From: Eledone cirrhosa
Taxonomy: Eukaryota
Reading direction: 5' to 3'
Length of the DNA stretch: 64,000 nucleotides
Assembly: GCA_964016885.1 (NCBI GenBank)
Contig: OZ024759.1
Location: 10,664,001 to 10,728,000 of the forward strand
Positions 9,823-23,437 of the stretch are shown piece by piece. The position numbers were made by a program, and so were the translations under genes. The notes beneath the pieces were generated by a model. That model was not told the origin of the DNA and did not search any database. It was given only the letters and a program-made list of their open reading frames with translations. Within the stretch, counting starts at the first letter, position 1. Each line of letters begins with the position of its first letter.

Positions 9823-10431
9823 ATTACTTTATGGTTTAACAATTTATTTATTTCTGTAATTTCTTCTATTTAATTACCAATATCATTCAAATGGGATGTG
9901 GAAGCCTTCATGCCTTGCTGTGTTTGTAAAATTCATTTTACACCCACTTTACAACCTCATTTTCCTCAAATGTTCCATATTTGACACTGTTTCTATACCA
10001 AAATACTCTAACCCTTCCTAACACCAACCACCTTAGTGTTTTATTGTGGCGCCAATACTGGCACTTTGTAGAGTCGACTGAGTGCAATTTAAAATTGAGT
10101 AAAAAGAAATATAAAAAATTCACAGAAAGAAAGCAATTTGAGAGGTGGGCTCAGGTGTGACTAGTTAAGAACTACATTTACAAAATGATGTGAACACCAG
10201 TGTGTCTAAGGACGATATTGTGAAATGAAGCTAACTAGTTTGATATCACTACTGTGGCTTTTACCATAGTCTTAGATTGACTAATATCTTAATGTAAATT
10301 ATGACAAGTATTTCAAGGATATTTTCCCATCAAAGGATTGCAGGACTCATGCCTGTCTCCATATTCGTGAAGAGGGTCCTTTTTAAGGCAGTGTTTTACA
10401 TTCACATGTCTTTCCTGGCATCAACCATTAA

Positions 10432-10650
10432 AACAGGGATACAGTGTACCTATTGTAAACCAAATATACACAGGGATACAGTGTACCTATTGTAAACTAG
10501 ATATACACAGGGATAGGGTGTACCTATTGTAAACCAGATATACACAGGGATACAGTGTACCTATTGTAAACCAGATATACACAGGGATACAGTGTACCTA
10601 TTGTAAACTAGATATACACAGGGATAGGGTGTACCTATTGTAAACTAAAT
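10432..10650. repeat. 37-bp minisatellite, left part
   Basis: Unit aaaccagatatacacagggatacagtgtacctattgt. Continues at 17335-17354 and 18528-20340. Confidence 0.9.
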
Positions 10651-12570
10651 ACAAATCTCAGAACTGCCACCGTCAATGTTGGTACCCTGAAATGCAGATC
10701 ATGTGAAATTGTGGAACTGTTAGAAGAGGATTAGATGTATGCTGTGTCCAAGAAGTGAGATTGAGTGGTGCCTCAGTGAGACTAATCACAGGAAAGCAAC
10801 TTAGATATAAATTCTACAGGATAGGAACTGGTGGAGAAATGGATAGATAAGGTGATAGAGGTAGTTAGAGTGACAGAATCATCAAGCTTAGATTAACTGT
10901 AGGAAATTGACTGGTGACAATTATATCTACCTATGCTCTACAGGCAAGACTGGGTAAAGAACAAAAGGACAGGTTCTATGAGGAACTTTTACAGACAACT
11001 TCAGGTATTGATGACAGAGACTTCTGTCAGTGTGAATTGAGATGTTGGAGAAAAATGTGTTAGAAATGACACTGGTGCTCTTAGCGACACTGATGCCCAA
11101 AAGAAAGAGGCCTGCAAATGTTACTATGAGAGATGAATTGTTTCAACTTTTGGCACAAGGCCAGTAAATTACCCAGTACATTACTGGTACTTTATTTTAT
11201 CGACCCCTGTAAGGATGAAAGGCAAAGTTAACCTCGGCGGGATTTGAACTCAGACTGTAAAGGGACGTAACTATGCTAGAAAGCATGGCGTCCAACCCTC
11301 TACCGATACTGCCAATTCACTGCCCTTAGAGATTAATGAATGGGAGGAAGGGAAACTACACCCAACTTACCCAAAGGAAGGACCAGCTATTGAAGTTGAT
11401 AGTTTTAGGGTCAAAGACACAATCAAGGACATGAGAAATGGTAAAGCTGCAGAGCCATCAGAGATAGTTACTGAAATGTTAGAAGAATCAGGAGAGGTAG
11501 GAGTCAAACTAGTAACAAGTATAGTAAATCAAGTAATACATGACAGTGTCATAACCAATGACTGGTGCAGCATTACCATCATAAGTTGTGTGACAAGGGC
11601 AAAGGTGATGCCCTAGAAAGGAGCAACTATAGAGGAATAAAATTAATGGACCAAGTTATAAAAGTGACAGAAAGAGTTATAGCACAGCTAATTAAGGAAA
11701 GAATCAAAATAGATGGGATGCAGTTTGGTTTCATGCCTGGGAAAAGTATGACAGATGCACTCTTTTTAGTGAGGCACCTACAATAGAAGTTCCTAGCTAA
11801 AAATAAACCACTATATTTAACCTTTGTTGATTTCGAAAATGTCTTTGACAGAGTACCCCAATCTATTATCTGGTGGTCCTTAAGGAAATTAGGGGCAGAA
11901 GAATGGCTTGTGAGAGCAGTTCAAGCTATGTACAGAGGAGCTGTCAGTAAAGTGAGAATAGGAAATGAGTTGAGCGAGGAATTCAAGGTTCAGTTCTTAG
12001 ACTATGTTTATCATAGTTCTTCAGGCCATGGGAACTTCTCTTTGCTGATGATTTGGTCCTCATAGCTGAAACCAAAAAAGAGCTAGAAAATATATTCCGA
12101 TTATGGAAACTTAATTTGGAATCAAAAGGTCAGAGAGTAAACTTACCCAGAACTAAAGTACTAGGGAGTAGGAGAGAAGATAGGGCCCAGATTCCCTCAG
12201 GGAAGTGGCCCTGTTCAATATGCAGAAAGAGAGTAGACAAACTCCATGCAATGTACACAAATCTTGGGTACACAAAATATGTAGTGGGAAAACTAGTAGA
12301 CTAACAGGAAGGGAGAACTTTGCTTGTAGAAGCTGCACAGAAGAAGACTGCCAATGTTATAAACCTTTCCCAGTCACTGGAAGGATCCACACATGTGGTT
12401 GATAGCTACTGCTATCGAGGTGATCTAATTAGCAGCAGAGGAGAATGATCTGAGAGTATAATAGCTAGACTAAGGATAGGAGGGAAGAAGTTTAGAGAAC
12501 TCTTCCCACTACTGACAACAAAAGGTTTCTCTCTATGTACTAAAGGAAGGCTCTATGACGCCTGTGTGTG

Positions 12571-13021
12571 GTGCATGGTAGTGAAACATGGTCTGTGACT
12601 GCAGAGGACATGTGGTGCTGCATGGTAGTGAAAAAAGGGCTGAGACTGCAGAGGACGAGTGGTGCTACATGGTAGTGAAACATGGGATGTTACTGCAGAG
12701 GACATGTGGTGCTACATGGTAGTGAAACGTGGGCTGCAACTGCAGAGGACATGTGGTGCTACATGGTAGTGAAACATGGGCTGCAACTGCAGAGGACATG
12801 TGGTGCTACATGGTAGTGAAACATGGGCTGTGACTGCAGAGGACGTGGTGCTACATGGTAGTGAAACATGGTCTGTGACAGCAGAGGACATGTGGTGCTA
12901 CATGGTAGTAAAACATGGTCTGTGACTGCAAAGGACATGTGGTGCTGCAAGGTAGTGAAACAGGGGCTGTGACTGCAGAGGACATGTGGTGCTACATGGT
13001 CTGTGACTGCAGAGGACATGT
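12571..13021. repeat. 47-bp tandem array, about 9-10 copies, amplified from RTE coding sequence
   Basis: Unit catggtagtgaaacatgggctgtgactgcagaggacatgtggtgcta equals the LHGSETWAVTAEDM segment. The LINE reads through on both sides. Confidence 0.9.
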
Positions 13022-13121
13022 GTAGACTAGAGAGAAATGAAGCAACCATGCTTCGTTGGATGTGCAATGTAAATACGAGAGAAAGGCAGAGATTGGATGA
13101 GCTGAGAAAGAAGCTGTTTAA

Positions 13122-16100
13122 CCCTTTAGCATTTACATTACTCTATATATACTATTGTATTGTCACAGTAAAGTCTTTACCTCACATAATATCTCGCATA
13201 ACATTTACATTACTCTATATATACTATTGTATTGTCACAGTAAAGTCTTTACCTCACATAACATTTACATTACTCTATATATACTATTGTATTGTCACAG
13301 TAAAGGCTTTACCTCACATTATATCTCACATAACATTTACATTACTCTATATATACTATTGTATTGTCACAGTAAAGTCTTTACCTCACATTATATCTCA
13401 CATAACATTTACATTACTCTATATATACTATTGTATTGTCACAGTAAAGTCTTTACCTCACATTATATCTCACATAACATTTACATTACTCTATATATAC
13501 TATTGTATTTTCACAGTAAAGTCTTTACCTCACATAATATCTCGCATAACATTTACATTACTCTATATATACTATTGTATTGTCACAGTAAAGGCTTTAC
13601 CTCACATAATATCTCACATAACATTTACATTACTCTATATATACTATTGTATTGTCACAGTAAAGTCTTTACCTCACATAATATCTCGCATAACATTTAC
13701 ATTACTCTATATATACTATTGTATTGTCACAGTAAAGGCTTTACCTCACATAATATCTCACATAACATTTACATTACTCTATATATACTATTGTATTGTC
13801 ACAGTAAAGGCTTTACCTCACATAATATCTCACATAACATTTACATTACTCTATATATACTATTGTATTGTCACAGTAAAGGCTTTACTTCACATAATAT
13901 CTCACATAACATTTACATTACTCTATATATACTATTGTATTGTCACAGTAAAGGCTTTACCTCACATAATATCTCACATAACATTTACATTACTCTATAT
14001 ATACTATTGTATTGTCACAGTAAAGGCTTTACCTCATATAATATCTCACATAACATTTACATTACTCTATATATACTATTGTATTGTCACAGTAAAGGCT
14101 TTACCTCACATAATATTTCACATAACATTTACATTACTCTATATATACTATTGTATTGTCACAGTAAAGGCTTTACCTCATATAATATCTCACATAACAT
14201 TTACATTACTCTATATATACTATTGTATTTTCACAGTAAAGGCTTTACCTCCCATAATATCTCACATAACATTTACATTACTCTATAAATACTATTGTAT
14301 TTTCACAGTAAAGGCTTTACCTCACATAATATCTCACATAACATTTACATTACTCTATATATACTATTGTATTTTCACAGTAAAGGCTTTACCTCACATA
14401 ATACCTCATATAACATTTACATTACTCTATATATACTATTGTATTTTCACAGTAAAGGCTTTACCTCACATAATATCTCACATAACATTTACATTACTCT
14501 ATATATACTATTGTATTGTCACAGGAAAGGCTTTACCTCACATAATATCTCATATAACATTTACATTACTCTATAAATACTATTGTATTTTCACAGTAAA
14601 GGCTTTACCTCACATAATATCTCACATAACATTTACATTACTCTATATATACTATTGTATTTTCACAGTAAAGGCTTTACCTCCCATAATATCTCACATA
14701 ACATTTACATTACTCTATAAATACTATTGTATTTTCACAGTAAAGGCTTTACCTCACATAACATTTACATTACTCTATATATACTATTGTATTTTCTCAG
14801 TAAAGGCTTTACCTCACATAATACCTCATATAACATTTACATTACTCTATATATACTATTGTATTTTCACAGTAAAGGCTTTACCTCACATAACATTTAC
14901 ATTACTCTATATATACTATTGTATTGTCACAGTAAAGGCTTTACCTCACATAACATTTACATTACTCTATATATACTATTGTATTTTCACAGTAAAGACT
15001 TTACCTCACATAACATTTACATTACTCTATATATACTATTGTACTGTCACAGTAAAGGCTTTACCTCACATAACATTTACATTACTCTATATATACTATT
15101 GTATTTTCACAGTAAAGGCTTTACCTCACATAACATTTATATTACTCTATATATACTATTGTATTGTCACAGTAAAGACTTTACCTCACATAATATCTCA
15201 CATAACATTTACATTACTCTATATATACTATTGTATTTTCACAGTAAAGGCTTTACCTCACATAATATCTCACATAACATTTATATTACTCTATATATAC
15301 TATTGTATTGTCACAGTAAAGGCTTTACCTCACATAACATTTACATTACTCTATATATCATCATCATCATCATCATCATCATTTTACGTCCGCTTTTCCC
15401 TGCTTGCAAGGGTGGGACGGGTCTTATTCAGCACAGCATCTCTCCACTCGTCACGGTCCCTTGTCATCTCCACCGTGAGCTTCAATGATCTGAGGTCTGT
15501 TCTCACCACCTCCGCCCATGTTTTTCGTGGTCTACCTCTACCACGTCTTCCTTCAACTGGCATTTCCTGGCACTTCTTCACCCATCGGTCATCCTCTATG
15601 CGCATCACATGTCCATACCACCTCAGTCTCCTCTCCCGTACACTACATTCTATCCCTCTCAGACACAGTTTCTCTCTCAACACATTTATGCTGGGTCGTT
15701 CACGCACATTTACACTGCACATCCAACGGAGCATGCTTGCCTCATTTCTCTCCAGCCGTCGCATATCTTCTGCGGTAGCTGCCCATGTCTCACTACCATG
15801 CAGCATCGCGCTCCTCACACAGGCATCATACAACCGGCCTTTCGTACGCAGGGAGAAACCCTTCTTCGTCAACAGAGGAAGCAGCTCCCTAAACTTCTTC
15901 CAACCCGTCCTTATTCTAGATACTATGGCCTCTATATATACTATTGTATTTTCACAGTAAAGACTTTACCTCACATAACATTTACATTACTCTATATATA
16001 CTATTGTATTGTCACAGTAAAGGCTTTACCTCACATAACATTTACATTACTCTATATATACTATTGTATTTTCACAGTAAAGGCTTTACCTCACATAACA

Positions 16101-17086
16101 TTTATATTACTCTATATATACTATTGTATTGTCACAGTAAAGACTTTACCTCACATAATATCTCACATAACATTTACATTACTCTATATATACTATTGTA
16201 TTTTCACAGTAAAGGCTTTACCTCACATAATATCTCACATAACATTTATATTACTCTATATATACTATTGTATTGTCACAGTAAAGGCTTTACCTCACAT
16301 AATATCTCGCATAACATTTACATTACTCTATATATACTATTGTATTGTCACAGTAAAGACTTTACCTCACATAATATCTCACATAACATTTACATTACTC
16401 TATATATACTATTGTATTGTCACAGTAAAGGCTTTACCTGACATATCTCACATAACATTTACATTACTCTATATATACTATTGTATTTTCACAGTAAAGG
16501 CTTTACCTCACATAACATTTACATTACTCTATATATACTATTGTATTTTCTCAGTAAAGGCTTTACCTCACATAATATCTCACATAACATTTACATTACT
16601 CTATATATACTATTGTATTGTCACAGTAAAGGCTTTACCTCATATAATATCTCACATAACATTTACATTACTCTATATATACTATTGTATTGTCACAGTA
16701 AAGGCTTTACCTCACATAATATCTCGCATAACATTTACATTACTCTATATATACTATTGTATTTTCACAGTATAGGCTTTACCTCATATAATATCTCACA
16801 TGACATTTACATTACTCTATATATACTATTGTATTTTCACAGTATAGGCTTTACCTCACATAATATCTCACATGACATTTACATTACTCTATATATACTA
16901 TTATATTTTTGTGGTAAAGGCTTTATTTTACATAATTATCTCACAATACTGAATCTATGAGATTTTTATGTCATTTATTTTGAGAAAAATACCTTAACCT
17001 CAGTATGAGGGGTCAGGTACAGCCGGTCTGAACAGAAAGAGATGAGAGAATTCTGGCCGGAGATGGCCGGTTTAAATGCCAAAGGG
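13122..17086 (+). mobile_element. piggyBac-like TTAA MITE with about 3.2 kb of 60/72-bp satellite
   Basis: TTAA at 13118-13121 and 17087-17090. 14-bp TIR CCCTTT(A/G)GCATTTA. The empty site is visible in a paralogous LINE at 36061-36085 (aagctgtgtttaaggggaatcc). Confidence 0.9.
15359..15929 (-). mobile_element. 5'-truncated RTE-A LINE inserted in the satellite
   Basis: Open C-terminal ORF (KGRLYDACVRSAMLHGSETW...RWYGHVMR...GRGRPRKTW...SREKRT*), (GAT)n tail, 10-bp TSD ctctatatat (15349-15358 / 15930-15939). Confidence 0.92.
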
Positions 17087-17355
17087 TTAAGGGGAATCCA
17101 AGATAGTGTGCCGGAGAGAAGACTGTGTTGGTATGGACATATGAGGTGCATGGACAAGGACCGATGGGTGAAGAAATGCTAGGAAATCCCAGTGGAAGGA
17201 AGCTGCAGTGAAAGACTTGAGCAGAGGAGATGACGAAGGAATGCAACAAGTGGAGAGATGCCGTGCTGAGAAGGACCTGTCCAACCCATGCAAGCATGGA
17301 AAAGTGGATGTAAAAATGATGATGCTGATGATTATACACACAGGGATACAGTGTC

Positions 17356-18525
17356 TTAGTCTTAGGTTCTTCTGCGCCGTTTGGCCCATCGAACAGTAAG
17401 TAGTCACCAACAGTCACAATCAGCGGCTTTTTCATGTCCATGCCAAGTGATGCTGGCTGCCATCAGGTTTTTTTGGAACATTCGTCACCAGGTGATCCTG
17501 GGGCAACGCCACCTCCATTTGCCGCCAGGCAGAGACCAGTTCATTGCTGTTTTCAAGTGTCGTTTGTATGGCCAAGTGAAGGCGTGTGGCTGAGTGGTTA
17601 GAGAATTGGATTCGCAATCGTAAGGTTGTGAGTTCGATTCCTGGACCAGGTGATGCGTTATGTCCTTGAGCAAGACACTTTATTTCATGTTGCTCCTTCT
17701 ACCTGGAGTTGCGACCGATAGATAGTATTAGCAGTTGGAAAGACCAACGGAAACATTGCTCCCTCGGTCCAATTTGACTATAGTCGATCGTTCCTTTTTT
17801 TTTTGTATGGCCAAGTGCAGAATATGGCCAGCCAGGTGGCACCAGCGCTCCGTGACCACCCTCTGAAGTGTCCATGACCCGGCTTTCCACAGGATTTCCT
17901 TGTTTCGCACTCAGTTGCCCCAGGACACACAAAGAATCCTTCACAGGCGCCACTTGTGGAATGCGTTCAACCAACTCTCTACCTTTGCCGTGCTCTTCCA
18001 GGTTTCACTTGCGTAAAGCACTGTTGGCAGCACGATGCTCTTCTACAGGTGCAGCTTGATCCTGGTGCTGATGCATGAAGACCACCAGACTAGGTGCATC
18101 TGCTGGAAAACTGCGGCTCCTTTGTCGATCTGACAGTTGATGTCGAGCTCCTTGTTGTCGTTGTTTGCCAGGATGTTGCCCAGATAGGTGAAGGTATCGA
18201 CTTCTTCCAGGTCTTGTTGGTTGACTGATCGCTGGACCTGTGTTGTTGGCTGTCCTCATCACATTGGTCTTTTTGGTGTTGATTCTCAGGCCGATCTTTT
18301 CCACACTCTCTTGCAGGGATGTTGTTAGGGCCTGCAGATCTGCACTGTCTTCAGCGAATGCCAGGTTTCCTCAGCCTCGACTGGCCTCTACACAAGATTC
18401 CTCAACCAGGTCCTTCATCTGTTCGCCCTAGAATGGAATTAGCTACCAACAGGAACAACAACGGAGAAAGAAGCAACCCTGTCTGACTCTCGAGACAATG
18501 CCAAAGAACTCCGTCACATCAGACT
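17356..18525 (-). mobile_element. Decayed RTE-E LINE 3' part
   Basis: VRQGCLLSPLLFLL, KIGLRINTKKTNVM, EEVDTFTYLG and LAGHILHL remnants. ctaagactaagac tail. Interrupted by a SINE at 17579-17801. Confidence 0.8.
17579..17801 (+). mobile_element. tRNA-head SINE with a unique 3' part and oligo-T end
   Basis: 16-bp TSD tttgtatggccaagtg (17563-17578 / 17802-17817). A-box TGGCTGAGTGG and B-box GTTCGATTCC. Confidence 0.75.
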
Positions 18526-18527
18526 CA

Positions 18528-20340
18528 GTAAACCAGATATACACAGGGATACAGTGTACCTATTGTAAACCAGGTACACAGGGATACAGTGTACCTATTG
18601 TAAACCTGATATACACAGGGATACAGTGTACCTATTGTAAACCAGATATACACAGGGATACAGTGTACCTATTGTAAACCAGATATACACAGGGATACAG
18701 TGTACCTATTGTAAACCTGATATACACAGGGATACAGTGTACCTATTGTAAACCAGACATACACAGGGATACAGTCTACCTATTGTAAACCAGATATATA
18801 CAGGGATACAGTGTACCTATTGTAAACCTGATATACACAGGGATACAGTGTACCTATTGTAAACCTGATATACACAGGGATACAGTGTACCTATTGTAAA
18901 CCAGACATACACAGGGATACAGTCTACCTATTGTAAACCAGATATATACAGGGATACAGTGTACCTATTGTAAACCTGATATACACAGGGATACAGTGTA
19001 CCTATTGTAAACCAGATATACACAGGGATACAGTGTACCTATTGTAAACCAGATATACACAGGGATACAGTGTACCTATTGTAAACCAGATATACACAGG
19101 GATACAGTGTACCTATTGTAAACCTGATATACACAGGGATACAGTGTACCTATTGTAAACCAGATATACACAGGGATACAGTGTACCTATTGTAAACCAG
19201 ATATACACAGGGATACAGTGTACCTATTGTAAACCAGATATTCACAGGGATACAGTGTACCTATTGTTAACCTGATATACACAGGGATACAGTGTACCTA
19301 TTGTAAACCAGATATACACAGGGATAGTGTACCTATTGTAAACCTGATATACACAGGGATAGTGTACCTATTGCAAACCTGATATACACAGGGATACAGT
19401 GTACCTATTGTAAACCAGATATATACAAGGATACAGTGTACCTATTGTAAACCAGATATACACAGGGATACAGTGTACCTATTGTAAACCAGATTTACAC
19501 AGGGATACAGTGTACCTATTGTAAACCAGATATACACAGGGATACAGTGTACCTATTGTAAACCAGATATACACAGGGATACAGTATACCTATTGTAAAC
19601 CAGATATACACAGGGATACAGTGTACCTATTGTAAACCTGATATACACAGGGATACAGTCTACCTATTGTAAACCAGATATATACAGGGATACAGTGTAC
19701 CTATTGTAAACCTGATATACACAGGGATACAGTGTACCTATTGTAAACCAGATTTACACAGGGATACAGTGTACCTATTGTAAACCAGATATACACAGGG
19801 ATACGGTGTACCTATTGTAAACCTGATATACACAGGGATACAGTGTACCTATTGTAAACCAGATATACACAGGGATACAGTGTACCTATTGTAAACCTGA
19901 TATATACAGGGATACAGTGTACCTATTGTAAACCAGATATATACAGGGATACAGTGTACCTATTGTAAAGTAGATATACACAGGGATACAGTGTACCTAT
20001 TGTAAAGTAGATATACACAGGGATACAGTGTACCTATTGTAAACCAGATATACACAGGGATACAGTGTACCTATTGTAAATCTGATATACAGAGGGATAC
20101 AGTGTACCTATTGTAAACCAGATATACACAGGGATACAGCGTACCTATTGTAAACCAGATATACACAGGGATACAGTGTACCTATTGTAAACCAGATATA
20201 CACAGGGATACAGCGTACCTATTGTAAACTATACACAGGGATACAGTGTACCTATTGTAAACCAGATAGACACAGGGATACAGCGTACCTATTGTAAACT
20301 AGACACAGGGATACAGTGTACCTATTGTAAACTAGACACA
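18528..20340. repeat. 37-bp minisatellite, about 49 copies
   Basis: Highly homogeneous unit aaaccagatatacacagggatacagtgtacctattgt. Confidence 0.97.
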
Positions 20341-20554
20341 GACACTGCAAATTAAAAAAAAAAAGAAAACAAATTTGGGAAAATATTTTAATTCCAATTT
20401 TTAAAAATATTATTAGAAGTGCAGAACAGTTTTAAATATGTTTCATTCACCACAGCATGAAAACCAGAGCCTACAGTGTCTGGTGATGTAATAAAATACC
20501 TACTATACATTTTGTAAAGTGGTAATGCTGGTGCCATGATAAAATATACCCACC

Positions 20555-20559
<5 letters not shown>

Positions 20560-20601
<42 letters not shown>

Positions 20602-20847
20602 CACATGTATATACACATCATCATCGTTTAACATCCATCCATCTTCCACGCGAGCATCACACACATATATATATATATACATACATACATACACACACAT
20701 ATATATATACACATCATCATCGTTTAACATCCATCCATCTTCCACGCGAGCATCACACACATATATATATATATACATACATACATACACACACATATAT
20801 ATACACATCATCATCGTTTAACATCCATCCATCTTCCACGCGAGCAT

Positions 20848-20879
<32 letters not shown>

Positions 20880-21090
20880 CATACATACACACACATATAT
20901 ATATATATACATACATACACACACATATATATATATACATACATACACACACATATATATATATACATACATACACACATATATATATATATACATACAT
21001 ACATACATACACACACACATATATATACATACACATGCACACACATATATATACATACACATGCACACACATATATATACATACACACAT
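20560..21090. repeat. Compound (TA/CA/CATA) microsatellite with a triplicated retroposon-tail fragment
   Basis: catcatcatcgtttaacatccatccatcttccacgcgagcatc occurs three times at about 95-bp spacing. Confidence 0.85.
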
Positions 21091-21700
21091 CATAATTTTA
21101 CGTCCGCTTTTCCCTTCTTGTAAGGGTGGGATGGGTCTTATTCAGCACAGCATCTCTCCACTTGTCACAGTCCTTCGTCATCTCCACCGTGAGCTTCAGC
21201 GATCTGAGGTCTGTTCTCACCACCTCCGCCCATGTTTTTCGTGGTCTACCTCTACCACGTCTTCCTTCAACTGGCATTTCTTGGCACTTCTTCACCCATC
21301 GGTCATCCTCCATGCGCATCACATGTCCATACCATCTCAGTCTCCTCTCCCGTACACTACACTCTATCCCTCTCAGACACAGTTTCTCTCTCAACACATC
21401 ACATGTCCATACCACCTCAGTCTCCTCTCCCGTACACTACATTCTATCCCTCTCAGACACAGTTTCTCTCTCAACACATTTATGCTGGGTCGTTCACGCA
21501 CATTGACATTGCACATCCAATGGAGCATGCTTGCCTCATTTCTCTCCAGCCGTCGCATATCCTCTGCAGTTGCTGCCCATGTCTCACTACCATGCAGCAT
21601 CGCGCTCCTCACACAGGCATCATATAACCGGCCTTTCGTACGCAGGGAGAAACCCTTCTTCCAGCCCGTCCTTATTCTAGATACTATGGCTTCAGAACAC
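21090..21700 (-). mobile_element. RTE-A LINE 3' fragment with an internal tandem duplication of about 80 bp
   Basis: Close match to 15359-15929. The LREKLCLRGIECSVRERRLRWYGHVM segment is duplicated. Confidence 0.85.
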
Positions 21701-22009
21701 ACATATATATGTATTCATACATACACACACAAAACAAATGAGGTCGTGTAGGTGTCACGACAAAAAAAACACACAGTCCACGCTGTAATGTGGCCGTGTA
21801 GGTAACACGGTAAAAACCTCCCAGTCCACACTGTAAACGTGGTTGGTGTTAGGAAGGGTACCCAGCCGTAGAAAACCTATACGAGCAGGACAACCAATCT
21901 TGCCTCAAGTGGGAAAACTCCCGTCCAAACCCATGCAAGCGTGGAAGATGGACGTTAAACGATGATGATGACGACACACACACACATATATAAACACAAA
22001 CATATATAT

Positions 22010-22042
<33 letters not shown>

Positions 22043-22224
22043 CACATACATACACACATAGGTGATTCGGTAAAAAGCACCCAGTCCACACAGTAAATGT
22101 GGTTGGCATTAGGAAGGGCATACAGCTGTAGAACCCAAGCCAAGATCAGCCCCTGGTGAGCAAAACATGGTTCTCTGACCTGATTCTCTCACAGCCGGTC
22201 CTACCTATGCTAGCATGGAAGAAG

Positions 22225-22317
<93 letters not shown>

Positions 22318-23120
22318 GTGTGTGTTTTATAACCTCATTAAAATATCCTGAATGATCACTGTTGAAACAAAGATGCTGGATGGCTTACAGAGTGCTGTTA
22401 CAGTTGGAACATCGCTAGAAATGGTAAATGGTTTTGAAGAGAGGAGACATTCAAATTGTTTTATTTCATAAAAGATTGTTTTTAAAAAATAATTAAGTAT
22501 CCTAAGATTTGGAATTAGTTTTAAAAAATGATGCGCTGGAATTTAATTATTAAAATTTTTAGCGTCTAAACCGGCTGCATCCGGCCAGAATTTAATTCAA
22601 AACTCAAACCTATGTAGGTTTAACTGATCTCCTATGAGGTTGCATCACATAGGAGATGCCTGGGGTGTTTTAATGATAGGGGCCACCGCCTTCCAGAGGT
22701 AAACCGTGAACAATATGATTGGATAACATCCATAAGGTGAGACCGTCATGCAGGACTGCCACCGATACAACCCTATCAGGTCTCTGCTGCCATGACTCCC
22801 TGATCCCTCACGAGTATATGGCTGAAGATATAAAGAAGAGCGACACGAGTTCCTACTGCTAAGACCCCCACCCCACGAGGCTCTCAGGATAAGTGGATGA
22901 AGATATAAAGAAGAGAGCTCCATGAGAGATTACTCCACCAAAAAGTTAGGGGTTGTGAGCCTCTCACAGCCCCTAACTCAACCTCACAGCTTCACCCTTC
23001 CGTTATTCTCCTTTCGTATCTTCAGATACGACCGATGACAAACAATAACGTAGAGAGAAAATATAACTCAATTGAATTAAATTAAAATCAAAAATACGAA
23101 ACACTTTTACTTTGCATTGT

Positions 23121-23270
23121 TCACATAAATAAATGTATGAATTCATTTGGTTTCACAGGTCGACAGCATACAGGACATTTATGGTTGCTGTTGGGATATT
23201 TTCTTACACAACTTTCACAGAATATGTGACCACAGTACGTTGACATTAAACCAATATTTTTACTTCGAAT
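23121..23270 (-). CDS. RNF4: RNF4-like RING E3 ligase, last coding exon IRSKNIGLMSTYCGHIFCESCVRKYPNSNHKCPVCCRPVKPNEFIHLFM*
   Basis: Minus-strand acceptor ttttctctctgcAG. STxCGHIFCxxC...CPVC RING half with a terminal HLFM*, like RNF4 (STECGHVFCSQC...CPTC...HPIYI*). Confidence 0.9.
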   Translation of the reverse strand: MRSKNIGLMSTYCGHIFCESCVRKYPNSNHKCPVCCRPVKPNEFIHLFM

Positions 23271-23437
23271 CTGCAGAGAGAAAAACCAAAAAAGAAATCA
23301 ACAACAAAGGTTAACACTTCAACATTTACGTAATATCTCACATAACATTTACTATTGTATTTCCACAGTAAAGGGTTTATCTCACATATCTCACCTAACT
23401 TTTACATTACTCTATATATACTATTGTATTGTCATGA

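Larger units (their letters stand above)
10651..17332 (+). mobile_element. Decayed, internally deleted RTE-clade LINE with nested insertions
   Basis: APE remnants (DVCCVQEVR) near 10735, RT remnants (KGKGDALERSNYRGIKL, MQFGFMPGKS) at 11430-12560 with stops and frameshifts, 3' end at 17091-17332 with a GAT tail. Interrupted by SINE-B (11136-11326), a 47-bp array and a TTAA MITE. Confidence 0.85.

Noticed and set aside
13003-15960. 985-aa ORF and similar long HIISHITFTLLYIYYC ORFs (3126, 26995, 48544 and others)
   Set aside because: Translations of the 60/72-bp satellite, open because the units are multiples of 3 and lack stops in two frames. The ORF runs across TE junctions and into antisense LINE sequence.
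18528-20340. CRISPR-like appearance of the 35-37-bp repeats (also 37768-38990)
   Set aside because: Head-to-tail units with no unique spacers, no cas genes, and a eukaryotic context.
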